From: Camelus dromedarius
Lineage: Eukaryota
Direction of reading: 5' to 3'
Length of the DNA: 64,000 nt
Assembly: GCF_036321535.1 (NCBI RefSeq)
Contig: NC_087437.1
Location: forward strand, 110,548,001-110,612,000
Shown here: positions 52,401 to 64,000 of the stretch, one piece after another
Layout: each line of letters opens with the position of its first letter
How positions within the stretch are numbered: the first letter of the stretch is position 1
Notes under the pieces: generated by a model
The model's input: only the letters and a program-made list of their open reading frames with translations
Told to the model about the DNA's origin: nothing
Databases searched by the model: none
Program-made: the position numbers and the translations under genes

Positions 52401-53059
52401 GAAGACGCAACCACGACCCTAAGGTTCTCCTGGGAGCACAGCACAGACGCGCCAGCACAGCTGAGGGGACTCTAATTCCTCGTCACTGTTCTGGGCTCAC
52501 TGTGCATGGACAGGACTGTGCAAAGCCCTCACCACGGGACCTCACTCACCCAAATGCTCCCGACACAAGGGTGAAGCTTTTGATCCACTGTGACGAAGGG
52601 GCTGATTCCCAGGGGTGGGGGCAGGGTGGGAGGCATGAGGATCAGTCTCATTATTCGCCTTCCTTTCTAGTCACAGAGTAATATCACTTGGCACCTCAAT
52701 TTTCAAGGAGCGCCTAGAGCTTTCCGGGTGCTCTTGGAATTACCGCAGAACCACCAGGTGCTGGGAGAAGCAGCAACAAGGAGTGACAGCCACCGCCAGC
52801 GCAGCGGCCCCGCACTAAGTGGCTGAGTGACAATGACGTGCACTTGACCAGCACCTCAGCCACGGGGCCCCACATCCCCCAGCGCAGACACGGGAGCTGT
52901 GAGTCATCCTGGTGAAACGAGCCACTCTTTAGGAAATGGTGACCAGCCTGGAACGGGAGGGAATTAAACTTACTATCAATGAAACACGCACGTCTACATG
53001 CAGATGCTAACAGGAACAGCAGGTTGATGAGCTGTGCATTCTTACGGGGACCTGAGTTT

Positions 53060-53400
53060 CCCTGGAGGCCCTGACAAGGGTATCACACACGATTTCTCAC
53101 TGTCTGCTTGTAAGGAATGGGGTAAGACAGTGTCTAAAGCAACTGTCTGCCTTTTGATGCAATGAGGATTGGACAGGCCTGCTAGGAGCCAACTTTGGAC
53201 CACAGAGGGACGTGGGCGGAGATGAATCAGCACAGAAAAGAGATGGACTGAGGGAAAGGGAACTGGGTCAAGCCCCGAGACATCCTGGGAGCCCCCACAT
53301 CCAACTTGTCTACCCCTGAGCCTTCCAGTTTGAGTGGGGTAAACATGTCCTTTTTTCATTAATTTGAGTTGATTAACCTTCTTTCACTTACAACTGACAA
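53060..53400 (+). mobile_element. Old MaLR LTR (MLT1K/L-like)
   Basis: GAGCCAACTTTGGACCACAGAGGG...TCTACCCCTGAGCCTTCCAGTT...AATTTGAGTTG...TCACTTACAACTGA. Confidence 0.55.
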
Positions 53401-55689
53401 ATTTGGACCCAAAACACCCGAGACCCTAAGAACATCCGTGATAACTGAGGCTTTCTAGGAGAACAGCCTGAAAGCCAATGCTCATTTGATTAATAATTCC
53501 TATCATTTTGTGTTCTTAAAATTAAACCAAGAAAAAAATGAAAGAACAAATCAAAACCTTCATTTTATCTTGTGACACGGTTTTCTATGACTTCATCCCA
53601 GTTCTGACCAATTAGTCACTGAATTACCCCATCTTTTCGGCTCAAAGTCAGTGATTAAATTTGACTCCTGTCAGCATCTCTAAACCATTCTTCTAGGCTT
53701 CAGGGAAGTGCTGTACAAAATAATAGCTTTGTTGACATGAAAAAAGAGCAGAATGTACTGAACACGAAATTAACTAGGTAAGGGCCTTGCTTCTTGTCGC
53801 ACTGGAAACAGTGACCCGTTCTCACTCCTCTTCCTGGAGGCAGTGTCTGTCCAGGCTGCAGGCAAAGGTATCGATGATGTTTGAGACTTCAGCACTTCAC
53901 AATTTGTAAGTGCTTTTTCATCTGCTTTCTCATTCAGTATCCCCAGTGGTAAACTGGGACAGAATGATGCCCTGCCTTGTTACCAATGAAGAAACTGAGG
54001 CTCAGGAAAGTGGACAGACCAACCAGTTCTTGTTCCAAAACAGGACTCATTCCATTGCAGCACAACTGGTGAATCTGAGAATTTATTTGTTTTTGTCTTT
54101 GTTTTTGTTTTTACCTCAATAGGAGAACAATGAAGCTTCGCCTCCATTCAGCTATCTCCCAAGTTGATTTAAAAAAAAAAAAAAAAGGTCTGGAAGGCTT
54201 CTCTTTTGGGACGCAGTTAAGTACAGGTGTAGGTGACAAAGGAAACAGAGAGGGATGTGATCCCAGAGCTGGGAAAGCCCTCCGTCCCCAGCTCCCACCA
54301 TTCCAGAAACTGGAGCAAAAAAGCCTTTGATTTTACAATTAGAGATTAACTTTTGTGAACCCTGGGTAACCGGGCAACACCCAGCAGTAACTCACCGTGA
54401 CTGTGAAGGGTCCTCACAGCCTCCTTCCCTGCCCACCTCCGCTACCTCCTCCCACCTGTCCCGACCTAAAACCTTCCTATGAGCAGATTTGGATGTGAGT
54501 GAGGAAGGGAATAAAAACTGCAGGACCTCGGGGATGTGGCGCGTCTGTGCTTGGCGGGGGGAGGGGACAGGAGGGATGAGCTGGGTACCACGTACTACAC
54601 AGGCTGCCTTACATCCATCGTCTTACATAATGCTGATGCAGCTCCTTCATGGAAGGCATCCCCTCCCTCACTTGGTAATTGAGGGCATCGAAGATCTCAG
54701 AGGTAAGATAAACCACCCAAGACCACACTGCCAGGTTCAAAAACAGATCTGACTAGCGCCCAGTTTGGTCTGCTGGACCACACTGCGCCAGCCACACACA
54801 GCTCCCTCACCTCACCCCAGGAGCTGGGGAAGGCTCGAGAGGCTTCCCAAATAGAAATGTCAATTTTTCAAATTTGCCTCCTCCAGTCAGAAACTCTGGG
54901 ATCGATTTGCATCCATTTCCAACCACCCAAAAGCAAGAATTCCTAAATTGTCATCATTCAAGAAATGAACTTCAGTTGGTCCTTTCTGATTGGTTCGGAG
55001 CACTGCTAAGTCTACCACAGGTCAAAGGAAAGGGCAGAGTAGATTAAATGGTAGAGCAGAAAGCAGCCCGAAGCAGGTCATCTCTGGAAGACAAGAGTGT
55101 GTTTATGCAACACCTTGGAGCATTTACACGTACCTTGTCAGATGTACTTGCCTTTTTAACTGAAGCACCTGTGTTCAGTCCCTTCCTCCAAAGCCTCAGT
55201 TTTTCAGGTGGGGTCATCAATCTTAGGTGGGCAACGTCCACCAGAGGGAGGTCAGTCCACGGGCACTGCAGGGCTTCCTAGGTAAGATGCCGAGGAAAGA
55301 CACCATTTGCTTTCAAGGCAGGTTTCTGAGGGCTGACCGAGGAGGAAAGGTGGACACTTCAAGTTGATGAAGACTGTTGTGATAACCAATGTCTCGGAGC
55401 CGTCTGTAAGGCGGTCCCAAGTTCAAGCACAGCACCATCTGATAACCTATGTCTCTGAGAGGGACAGGAGGAGACGCAAACCTAGAGACTGAAGAGCCAC
55501 AAAACGGCATTCCAGCCTCAAACTCCCAGTGAATCCAGCAAAGGCAAAGGGGCTCTGACCTGCGGGGCAGGTGGGAGTCAGTGTGGAAAGGGGAAGAAAC
55601 TCTCCTGAAGGGCACAGGTTAAAAGCGAGAAAGAACCCAGCATTGCTGAAGCCACTTGCCACAGACCAATGAAAACTGGCCCTCAGCTG

Positions 55690-56880
55690 ATCATCTTTTT
55701 ATATTGATTTTCTTAATCTGCTCTGTAAAATATTTCCATCACACAGAATAAAAAGAATGGCATAAGAACACCTGGGTTCACTGGATCATTAGAATCCTAA
55801 CAGTTTTCCAGGCTTGCCCCTCATCTTTTTCAAGAAAAAAGTCATCAGGTTGCAGCCCCTCCCCCTCCTCCTCCTTCTCCCTCCTCTCCTTCCTCAGGAA
55901 TAATCAATACTCTGAATGTTGATGGCCATTCCCACGAGTGCTTTCCACTATTCTTTCATGTAAACATAGTACTGTGTTGTTTTCAAACTTTATGTAAACA
56001 GAATCTTACAGGACACATCCTCTGTCAACGCTGTTTCCCTAAACTTCAGGTTTTTGAAATTTATCCACTTTTCACTGCTGTATATTATTCTGTTAGAAAA
56101 CAGACCAGTATGTATTTATCCACTCTTGCTTCTGGACAATGAGACTGTTTTATTACCTTTTCCCCCAAACATTATTGCAATAAGCATTCTTACACACTTA
56201 CACACTTACCTCTCTGTGTAGTCAAGGTGTGAGGTTTCTTGGGAATATTCCTAGAAGTGAGGTGTTGATACTCAGCATGATTTTAGCAATACACATATGC
56301 CCATTGGGTTCAGGAAGCCTCGGTTCTGATTGGAGAAGGTGCAGATTCTGATTGGTGGATGGCTTGCCCTCTGGGATGTTAAGAATGTCGGATATCATCC
56401 CTGCCTAGAAGTGCAATGACTGTGTTGAAGATCACAAGATTCTTAACTTTGCTAAATCGTGACAGATTTTTCTCTAAAGTCACTAGGGACGCAATCCCAC
56501 CAGGCATGACTGATAATTCCCATTTCTCCAGATCCTTGCCAACCCTTGGTGTTATCAGTCTTCATTTTTTTTTTTTTTTTTTTTTTTTTTTGCTTAACTG
56601 ATGGTGTAAAATATTATCTCACTGTGGAATTATTTTGTGCAGCCTTAATTCCTAGGGAGGCTGAACATCCTTTCATGTTTACTAGGCATCTAGCGGCCAT
56701 CTTTTGTGAATTACCTATTTAAAATTTTATCCATTTTTTGAGTTTTTCCTCTTATTGACTTGTAAATCATACATCATAATCCTTTACCAGATGCATGTAC
56801 TATAATATGTATTATATAAGATGTGCTTTATAATTATACACAGTGTACCATACACTGTAATTATCTTTTCCTGTCTTGTG
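55690..56880 (-). mobile_element. Ancient LINE-1 3' region (L1ME-like), interrupted by a hAT MITE
   Basis: TTTTCAAACTTTATGTAAACAGAATC, TCCTTGCCAACCCTTGGTGTTATCAG and GAGGCTGAACATCCTTTCATGTTT. Confidence 0.7.
56258..56403 (-). mobile_element. hAT MITE (hAT-N1_Mam-like) with 8-bp TSD
   Basis: The minus strand starts CAGGGATGATATCC, has CCAATCAGAA twice and ends GCTGAGTATCAACACC. TSD CCTAGAAG at 56250-56257 and 56404-56411. Confidence 0.7.
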
Positions 56881-57269
56881 TGGTTTTCAGCCTATGAAGC
56901 CTGTGTGTTGGTTTACCCCAGCTCTTCTTCACCCTGGCCGTGATGGTTCCCACTCTCTGAAGGGGTATCAGCCAAACAGCCACGGAGGGGGAGGCGTCCA
57001 AAAGTGTGACCTGTGACCTCTGAAACACATTCCTGCACCGGCCCCATCTCAGACTGTTTGTTTAGATTTTACTAATATGTTGAGCTTACTTTTCAATTTG
57101 ATGGTAAATACTACCAGGCAGGAACCTGGGGCCAGAACAATGTTTTCCACAAAAATGAACGTCCCTCACACGTGTTGATGGGTCGTGAGTAGGAAAGGAA
57201 GAAGCTGGTCTCCTAAAAAACACAGGTAAAAGTTGGCAGGAATAGTCGTTGTTGTGGTGACAGCTGTCA

Positions 57270-57470
57270 CCTTATTAAACACAAACATATACACTGAAAT
57301 AATTTACTCTTCTCAATGATCCCATGAGGCAAGTGTTCTTTTCATCCCATTTCTTGAGATGAGAAAATGATGGCGAAAAGAATTTTAAAAGCTTTCCCAC
57401 TTAGATCATAAATGGAAGAACTGAGACTGAAACCCAAAACGTTGGGCCCCAAAGTCGTGTTCATCTTCAT
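57270..57470 (-). mobile_element. MIR SINE
   Basis: CCCATGAGGCAAG...CATCCCATTTCTTGAGATGAGAAAA...GACTGAAACCCA. Confidence 0.6.
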
Positions 57471-58358
57471 GCATTTTATTGTTTCCTCTTCCTTTTCCTC
57501 ATTCCTGTCCAAATAAGGGCTTGGAGTGCTGGGAAAAGTTTTCCACAAATACAAATATTGTAATTACTGCTAGCCTGGAACCCGTAACTTCTCACTCCAG
57601 CTTTGCTTCTCTGTGGTTTCCGCTCAAAGTCCGTTTCCGGCGGGGCCAGCAGGCCTGGGAAGCTGTAGGCTCTAGCTCTGCTGGCCTGGTGCTGTTATTT
57701 CTTGGGATTGAGAGAGGAAGGAATGTTGGAATGCTTCTCTTAAATAGATAGATCGATAGATCGATTGATAGATGTTAGCTAGATGTTCTATAATAAATAC
57801 ATATTGTATTGCTTTTATATAAAGTTGCCTCTCTTTAGTTGGTTTGTTAGGGCTGTTGAACTGTAATATGGTACATTTGATCAGTAAGCTCTCAATGGCA
57901 ACAATTGTGTCTTTTTTTCTTTCATGTTCTCCCTTAATAGGTGTTTCACATGTGAATAAATGTACATTGATCCATCTGAAGTAATTCACATACCTTGGTC
58001 TTTAAAGCAGATTCAGTTCCACTTTTGTGCAGGGGCATTCGGTCAGCGCGGATTCTCCAGTCCTAGAGGCATAACAGCACATAGGAATGAGTAGGAAGGA
58101 AAAAAAAGAAACGAATTTCCGTCTTCCCTCTACCTTTGCGAAGCTGTATTTTTATTTTAATTATGCTGGTTGCTGCTTTATTTGAGGTGAGAGAGGATGT
58201 GTATAGTTTGCAATCAGATTATAAAGGCATAGGTGTAAAGAACTTCAGGATAAAAGGTTTTAAATAATGTGAATTATTTTATGAGCTCACAGGGGGAAAA
58301 ATGTTGTAATTACTGATTATTATCTCTACCTTTACTGTAATGTGAGGCGGTTGCTTGG

Positions 58359-58787
58359 TGTGATAGTTAATTTGATGTGTCCACCTCACTGGGCTAAGGG
58401 ATGCCCGGATACAGCCGGTAAAACCCTGTTTCTAGGTGTGTCTGTGTTTCTAGAAGAGATTAGCATGGGAACTGGTGAACTGAGTGTAGCAGGTGGTCCT
58501 CCCCAGGGTAGGTGGCATCGTCTAATCTGCTGAATAAAACAAAAAGGCAGAGGAAGGGAAATTTCAGTGTGTCTGCTTGAGCCGGACATCCGTCTTCTCC
58601 TGCCCTTGGACATCAGTGCTCCTGGTTCTCTGGTCTTTGAACTTGAGCTGAATTATACCAGCGGCTCTCCTGGATCTCCAGGAACAACATACCATAGGAC
58701 ATCTCGCCTTCATAACTGTGTGCGAAATCTCTCTCTATATATATACAGTTATTAGTTCCATTCCTCCGGCAAACCCTGATGAATACA
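58359..58787 (+). mobile_element. ERVL solo LTR (MLT2B-like)
   Basis: TGTGATAGTTAATTTGATGTGTC...GGCTAAGGGATGCCC...CCCTGATGAATACA. Imperfect TSD CTTGG/ATTGG. Confidence 0.9.
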
Positions 58788-60856
58788 ATTGGGATGGTAA
58801 ATCAGAGTCAGATCATGGTGCCTCAAAGATTAAGGCAGTAAGAATACTCAACTGGCATTTGAAAAAATCTAGCAGATGACATAATTCCATACCTTATTTT
58901 GTGACTCAGGCAGCTGAAAACTGGGCAGAGTAAGAGACTGGATCAAGGTCACACAAGCAATGGAAAAATTAAAACCTGTTGAAACCAGTTTGGTGCGCAG
59001 CCTCCTACCACCCTCCTCTCACTGGTTTAAACAGCCTGTGTGAGAAGCACAACCTGGAACAGGGAAGCTTGTCTCCCTCCTAACCAACCCCCCCCTCACC
59101 GCCCCAAGACATTTCAGGTCATTAAGAACTGTGGAGTCCAAGACACAAAGACCAAGTCCATCAAAGGTCCACTAACCAAGCTGGGGACACGGCACTTCTG
59201 CAGACAGGCAGCATTTCATTGGAGCTTTAGATCGCCTCAATCTCACATCAAGGTAATTTAAAATAGAGAAGACATTGTATTTGCCACGCACCTTTCCCAC
59301 CTCTCAACACATACACACACACACCCTGGCTTTTTTATTTCTCAGGCTCCAAAGTTCTTTTTTTTTTAATATTTAATCAACTTTTTCTAACTGATAAAAT
59401 GTTATTTTGATTGTTAAAACTCTCAATTAAAAAGATGGATACTTCTCTTGAATAACACAGGTGGCGAGCTGGAAAAGAGAAGATAGAAACCCTGGGTGAA
59501 AACATGAAAAATAAGTATTTTTTCTAAAATCATTTATTAGTGATCAGTTAAAAAAAAAAAAAAAAAAAGCCTAAATTTCCTGTCAATTGTTTAAGAAAAG
59601 AACTTCTGGAAAGCTAGTCTCCGGGCAGTAAATGAGTTTTACCTATCAAATGTCAAAATCTCAGGCTTCCCAGATTTGACAATGGGTTTTTCTAAACAGC
59701 TCCCACACTACCCTCTCTGGGGCCAGGACAGTGGGGGAAAAGGAACACTGAACCTCAGCTACTTGGCTGTTCAACTGTTTACCTACACACAAGAATGAAC
59801 GTCTATTTCCATCCTTAAGAGCTAGTAAACTGGAAGGTTAAATATCTTTGCCATTTGGCTCATTTACTCCGGGAGTTTGTCATTCAGGGGAATTGTATCC
59901 AGCAGGCAAAGGGTGAACGGATGTTTAGAGAACGCGGTGAGCAGAAACATCACTCTCCTGCTATCACAGCTGATGCTGACTGATTGAAATAATGGAGGGA
60001 GATTAAAAAAAGGGAGAGGTGGAGGGAGGAAGGGAAGGAAGAAAGAAGGGACAAAGAGAGACAGAGAATGAGAAGGATGATTTTTGGTTAGAGCAATAGT
60101 CCTGAGTTGCCGTGTACCAACAAAATATTCATAGTGAAAGAGCGACCTCTTCTGGTCACATGGAGGAAATTCAGGCACTTTCTCAACAAAGTCAAATTTT
60201 AAAGATGGATGAATTACTACATCGGAAAAGAACTGCATTCAAAATGTAATGAATCTGCCATTGTGCACCAAAATGAACCCCATAAACTAGCAAACTCAAC
60301 TCAGAGTCAGCGCCCGGAGGGTGATGATTTCCAGCAAATCCAATGAGAAAGCTGACTTAGATAGGTGTCCTGATCCCCCGGTTAAATTACAGGAAGCCGG
60401 CTCAAATGCATCCTCATATGGTGAAGCAACTTTTCCAAAATATAAGTCAGGAGTAAAGAGTAAATTTACTGTTCCAAGGTAGCAGGAAGCGGCAGAATAT
60501 CCGAGGTCGCCATGAGGTCAGGATAGCTCCCTTGGGCTCCACTGGGAGCCAGTTAGATTTGAAACCTGGGTTTATATAAACAGGTAACTTTGGGCTAAGG
60601 CTTCACATTCTGTTTTCCCACCTGTAAAATGGGCAGAGTAACGTCTGTTTGGGGTTTTTTCTCAGGACTCCAAGAGAGAGCTCGTGAAGCCATAGGCAGA
60701 TAGGGAAAGCTTGGCAAGGCTTTGCCCTTCCTGTGTCCATCACTGAGTACAGCACAGCTACGGTTAACTAGATTGTACAGCCAACAGCCATGTATTAGCT
60801 CTTCTGTTTTTACATTTACTCTTTCAAAAAACCCAAGATATACATTTATTTGCCAT

Positions 60857-61846
60857 TTCTTTTATTGTGGGAAAGTAAATCATTTTAACAACCTCGAAGT
60901 AGCGTTAATTACATTCCCCAATTTTGTGCCACCATCACCACTGTGTATTTCCAAACCTTTTCATCACCCTAAACAGAAACGCTGAACCCAATAAACAGTA
61001 ACTCCCCGATCCCCTCCTTGCTTCCCCTTGCCCCACCCCTGGGAAACTCTAACCTTTCTATCTCCATGAATTTGCCTGATCTAGATTTTTCATATAAGTG
61101 GAATCATACAATATTAGACCTTCTGCGTCTGGCTTATTTCACTTAGCATATCGTTTTCAGGGTTCACCCGTTCACCCGTGTTGTAGTGTGCATCAAAACT
61201 GTTTTCCTGTCTATGGATGAATAACATTCCAGCCATTAGTAGCATTCTGGTGTGTACATGTTGCTTACCCATTCATCTGTTGATGGACACGGACTGTTGC
61301 CACCTTCTGGCTATTGTGAATAATGCTGAAGTGAAGAATGGTGTGCAATTACCTGCTTCAGTCCCTGTTTTCAATTATTTGGGGTATATACTTAGGAGAG
61401 GAATTTCTGGGTCACATGGGAATTCTATATTTAATTTTTTGAGGAACTGCCAAACTATTTTTCACACCCTCTGCACCATTTAACATTCTTACCCACAACA
61501 TACAACTGTTTCAATTTATCCACATCCTTGGCAAAACTTGTTAGTTTCTGCTTTCTGATTATCACCCTCCTAGCAGGTGTGAAGTCCTATCTTGTTATGA
61601 TTTTGATTTGCATTTCCCTAATGACTGACAATGTTGAGCATCTCTTCCTGTGCTAATTGGCCATTTGTATACCTTTTTTGGAGAAATGTCTATTCAAGTC
61701 CTTTGCCCACTTTTTCATTGGGTTTTTGTTGTTGTTGTTGAGTTGTAGGGTTTTATTTTCATATTCCGGTTATTAAACATTTGTCAAACATATGATTTGC
61801 AAATATTTTCTCCCATCCTGCAGGTTGTCTTTTCACTTTCTTGATT
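60857..61846 (-). mobile_element. LINE-1 3' portion (L1MB-like)
   Basis: TTTCATCACCCTAAACAGAAAC, CATATAAGTGGAATCATACAATAT and TTTGATTTGCATTTCCCTAATGACT. Confidence 0.9.
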
Positions 61847-61849
61847 TGC

Positions 61850-61850
<1 letters not shown>

Positions 61851-61898
<48 letters not shown>
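61851..61898 (+). repeat. Poly(A)48 homopolymer
   Basis: Uninterrupted A run. Confidence 0.95.
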
Positions 61899-61899
<1 letters not shown>

Positions 61900-62636
61900 A
61901 GTTGCTTTGTTGTAGGTCAAGCAAATCTAAGTAGAACTGATGAGCTGGTGGGGTTGTGGGCTTGTGGGCCCTGACGGCCGGCACAGCAGCAGATTCTGTT
62001 TGGAAGCAGAGCCTCATATGGAAGATGCTGATGTAGGAAGTGGTATCTGAGTAGGTAAATCAGTTATTTTTTTCAAAATTCAAGAGAAGGATTCAGTAAT
62101 GGATTGGATGACAGAAGTATGACTAGTTGTCTGGCTTCATCAGCCCAATAGGAGCCCAATAGCCCGTCTACTAGATAAAAAGTGATGAAGGACGGTCAAG
62201 TCAGGCTGGAAATAGTGATTTCAGTTTGGGGAACAGCTTGAGGGACTTGTTAAGTCTGCAGCTCAAAGAACCTTCCAGACTTTCAGGCTCAGGGAGTGGC
62301 ACCAACCATCACCTGGGAGCCTTGGGTGTGGCTGGCTCCCAGCAACTGTTCTCACTCACCATCACCATCACCATCACCATCACTAGCTGATTCTCTTCGC
62401 CAAGCCTTGGTTCCTCCTCGGAGGGCCTGAGTCTCACTCTCCTATCCCTGATCACCTCACCCCTGCTAAACCCCACTTAACCCAGTTCCCACGTGTGTGA
62501 GCTGGGAAATCCACTTCACCGCGTGCGGCCTCAATTCCTCATCTGTACAAGGAGAGAGGGTTGGAAGAAATGGCCTACAGGAGTCCCTTGTCCACTCCGC
62601 TTCGATTCCGGAGTAATACGGAGCACGTCATTGATC

Positions 62637-62655
62637 CATCACCAGGGGGCACCAG
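62637..62655 (+). promoter_or_regulatory. Candidate CTCF motif
   Basis: CATCACCAGGGGGCACCAG resembles the CCACCAGGGGGCGC core. Confidence 0.5.
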
Positions 62656-63290
62656 AGAGGCGTCCTCATGCGGGCCATGGTCGTGCCCTACGCCAGCCAG
62701 AGGGCCCCCCGGGAGGCTGCGGTGGAGATGAAAAGAGAATTGGAACACGGTCTTCCCACACTCTCCTTACTCAAGCAAGGCCTTCGATCTGAAAAAAAAA
62801 AAAAAAAAAAAAAAAAAGTTCAATAAACAGCACTAGCCACCAACTTTCTATTATATTTATACTCTTTACCACTTTATTAAGATGAAAAACATTGTCCCTC
62901 TCTTCACTGCAGAAGTTTGAGTCAGTTAGATATATGAATTGCCAATGTAAATTAGATCCAAGAATTTTCAATCTAATTATATAACAGACAAGGAGAAAAT
63001 GCTGAAGTGGTTGATACAGACTTGTAGTTCACACCTCTATGACGCCTTAGAATCGCCTGAATGTTTTTAAATATACTGATGCCTCCTGATTCCAACCCAG
63101 AGCAGCAGCTCCCCCTTCCGAGGCCACAGCTCTCCTTTAGGCTAAAAGACGAGCTTGGGGCAGATTCCAGCTCCCTACTCACCTCCCGCCACCTCTCTCC
63201 CTCAAACTCACAGCCTAGTTGCTAAAATCAATGTTAAGTGCCTTCCTGTGTCAGTCCTGCAGAAGAAAAACTTGAGACCATCCGGCAGGC

Positions 63291-63309
63291 CTCCAGCAGG
63301 GGGCAGTGG
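63291..63309 (+). promoter_or_regulatory. Candidate CTCF motif
   Basis: CTCCAGCAGGGGGCAGTGG matches the CCAGCAGGGGGCAG core. Confidence 0.58.
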
Positions 63310-64000
63310 TGTACACGCGGGACCGTCAAAGCTGCTTTCGTAAAAAAAGCTTTTAACGTGGCAGTTAATACAGGCCTTGTCCTGTTATCATCCTTTTGAA
63401 CGAGATAAACCCATAAAGGAAATACCATTGGAGACTTTTAGAGGCTAGAACATTCCGTTTGTTCTTTTTCAAAGAAGCAGGATCGTTGTCTTGATCCTTG
63501 TAATTCTAGCATTGTTAGTATAGCCAAGCGACGGATTTCTGGCTGGAAATGCGTGGATTTGCCAGTCTGTCCCTCCTTGTGGGGGTCTAATCCTGGTCAT
63601 TAACACTTAATAGAAAAGCTGTTACAGTGTGCAAGTCACAATGAGCTTTCTTTTCTCACCTCTGATATAGCAATAAGATTATCTGTCCAATCCATCTCAC
63701 AGGACTTTGTAAGGGTCAGACAGAATAACATAAAACAAGGTGCTTTGTCATGTTCAAAAAGGATGCAAATGCCTAATGAAACTCCTTCAGAGGTGAGGAT
63801 CATATCACAGTGTTTTACTTACAATTAGTCAAAAACGAACAATCCAAACATCCAAAATGATCAAATTTGAGGCCCTTATTTTTCAGCATGTATTTGAGGG
63901 CAGGTATGGTGTGTCCATAAAAAAATAAATAAATAATAAAACAGAAAGGTACCCTACCTGGATGCACAAGTTTCATCTGGCTGTGAGGGTCATCCAGTTC

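Noticed and set aside
50819..52681. Multiple 100-156 aa ORFs
   Set aside because: They overlap LTR, MIR and L2 relics on both strands and resemble no protein family I recognise.
55380..55459. CRISPR-like repeat-spacer unit
   Set aside because: Only two repeats, mammalian context and no cas genes.
60314..60381. C/D-box snoRNA-like pattern (GTGATGA ... CTGA ... CTGA with CCGG ends)
   Set aside because: Too little space for a C' box plus guide, the stem next to the boxes is weak, no rRNA complement was recognised and no host intron is evident. An Infernal or snoscan hit would reopen it.
62360..62383. (CACCAT)n His-tag-like run
   Set aside because: Short hexanucleotide microsatellite outside any credible ORF, with no vector sequence nearby.
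57000..64000. TIAM1 terminal exons
   Set aside because: Suggested only by the synteny guess; no recognisable coding sequence was found.

Overview
Mammalian, repeat-dense intergenic DNA with no intact protein-coding gene. The tRNA-Ala-derived SINEs resemble the camelid Vic-1 family, so the source is probably alpaca, llama or camel (inference). The only host-gene remnant found is a disabled intronless high-Gly/Tyr keratin-associated protein gene (KRTAP19-like, minus strand, 29089-29269) that keeps a recognisable promoter. It suggests the edge of the KRTAP cluster that lies next to TIAM1 in human (synteny inference only). The rest is LINE-1 of several ages (including a 2.3-kb 5'-truncated copy with a nearly open ORF2), MaLR/ERVL/ERV1 LTRs, hAT MITEs, MIR/L2 relics and microsatellites. 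The most unusual small features are a TSD-flanked 31-nt tailless U6atac snRNA retrocopy inside an MLT2 LTR, a 21-nt ultra-truncated TSD-flanked insertion, a three-level nested insertion, a CpG-rich L1 5'UTR abutting an oppositely oriented L1 3' end, and co-oriented CTCF-like motifs near the right end. I found no evidence of a new multi-gene system. Apart from L1 ORF2, the provided ORFs look like repeat-derived or chance frames. Repeat subfamily names come from remembered consensus sequences and need RepeatMasker/Dfam confirmation.
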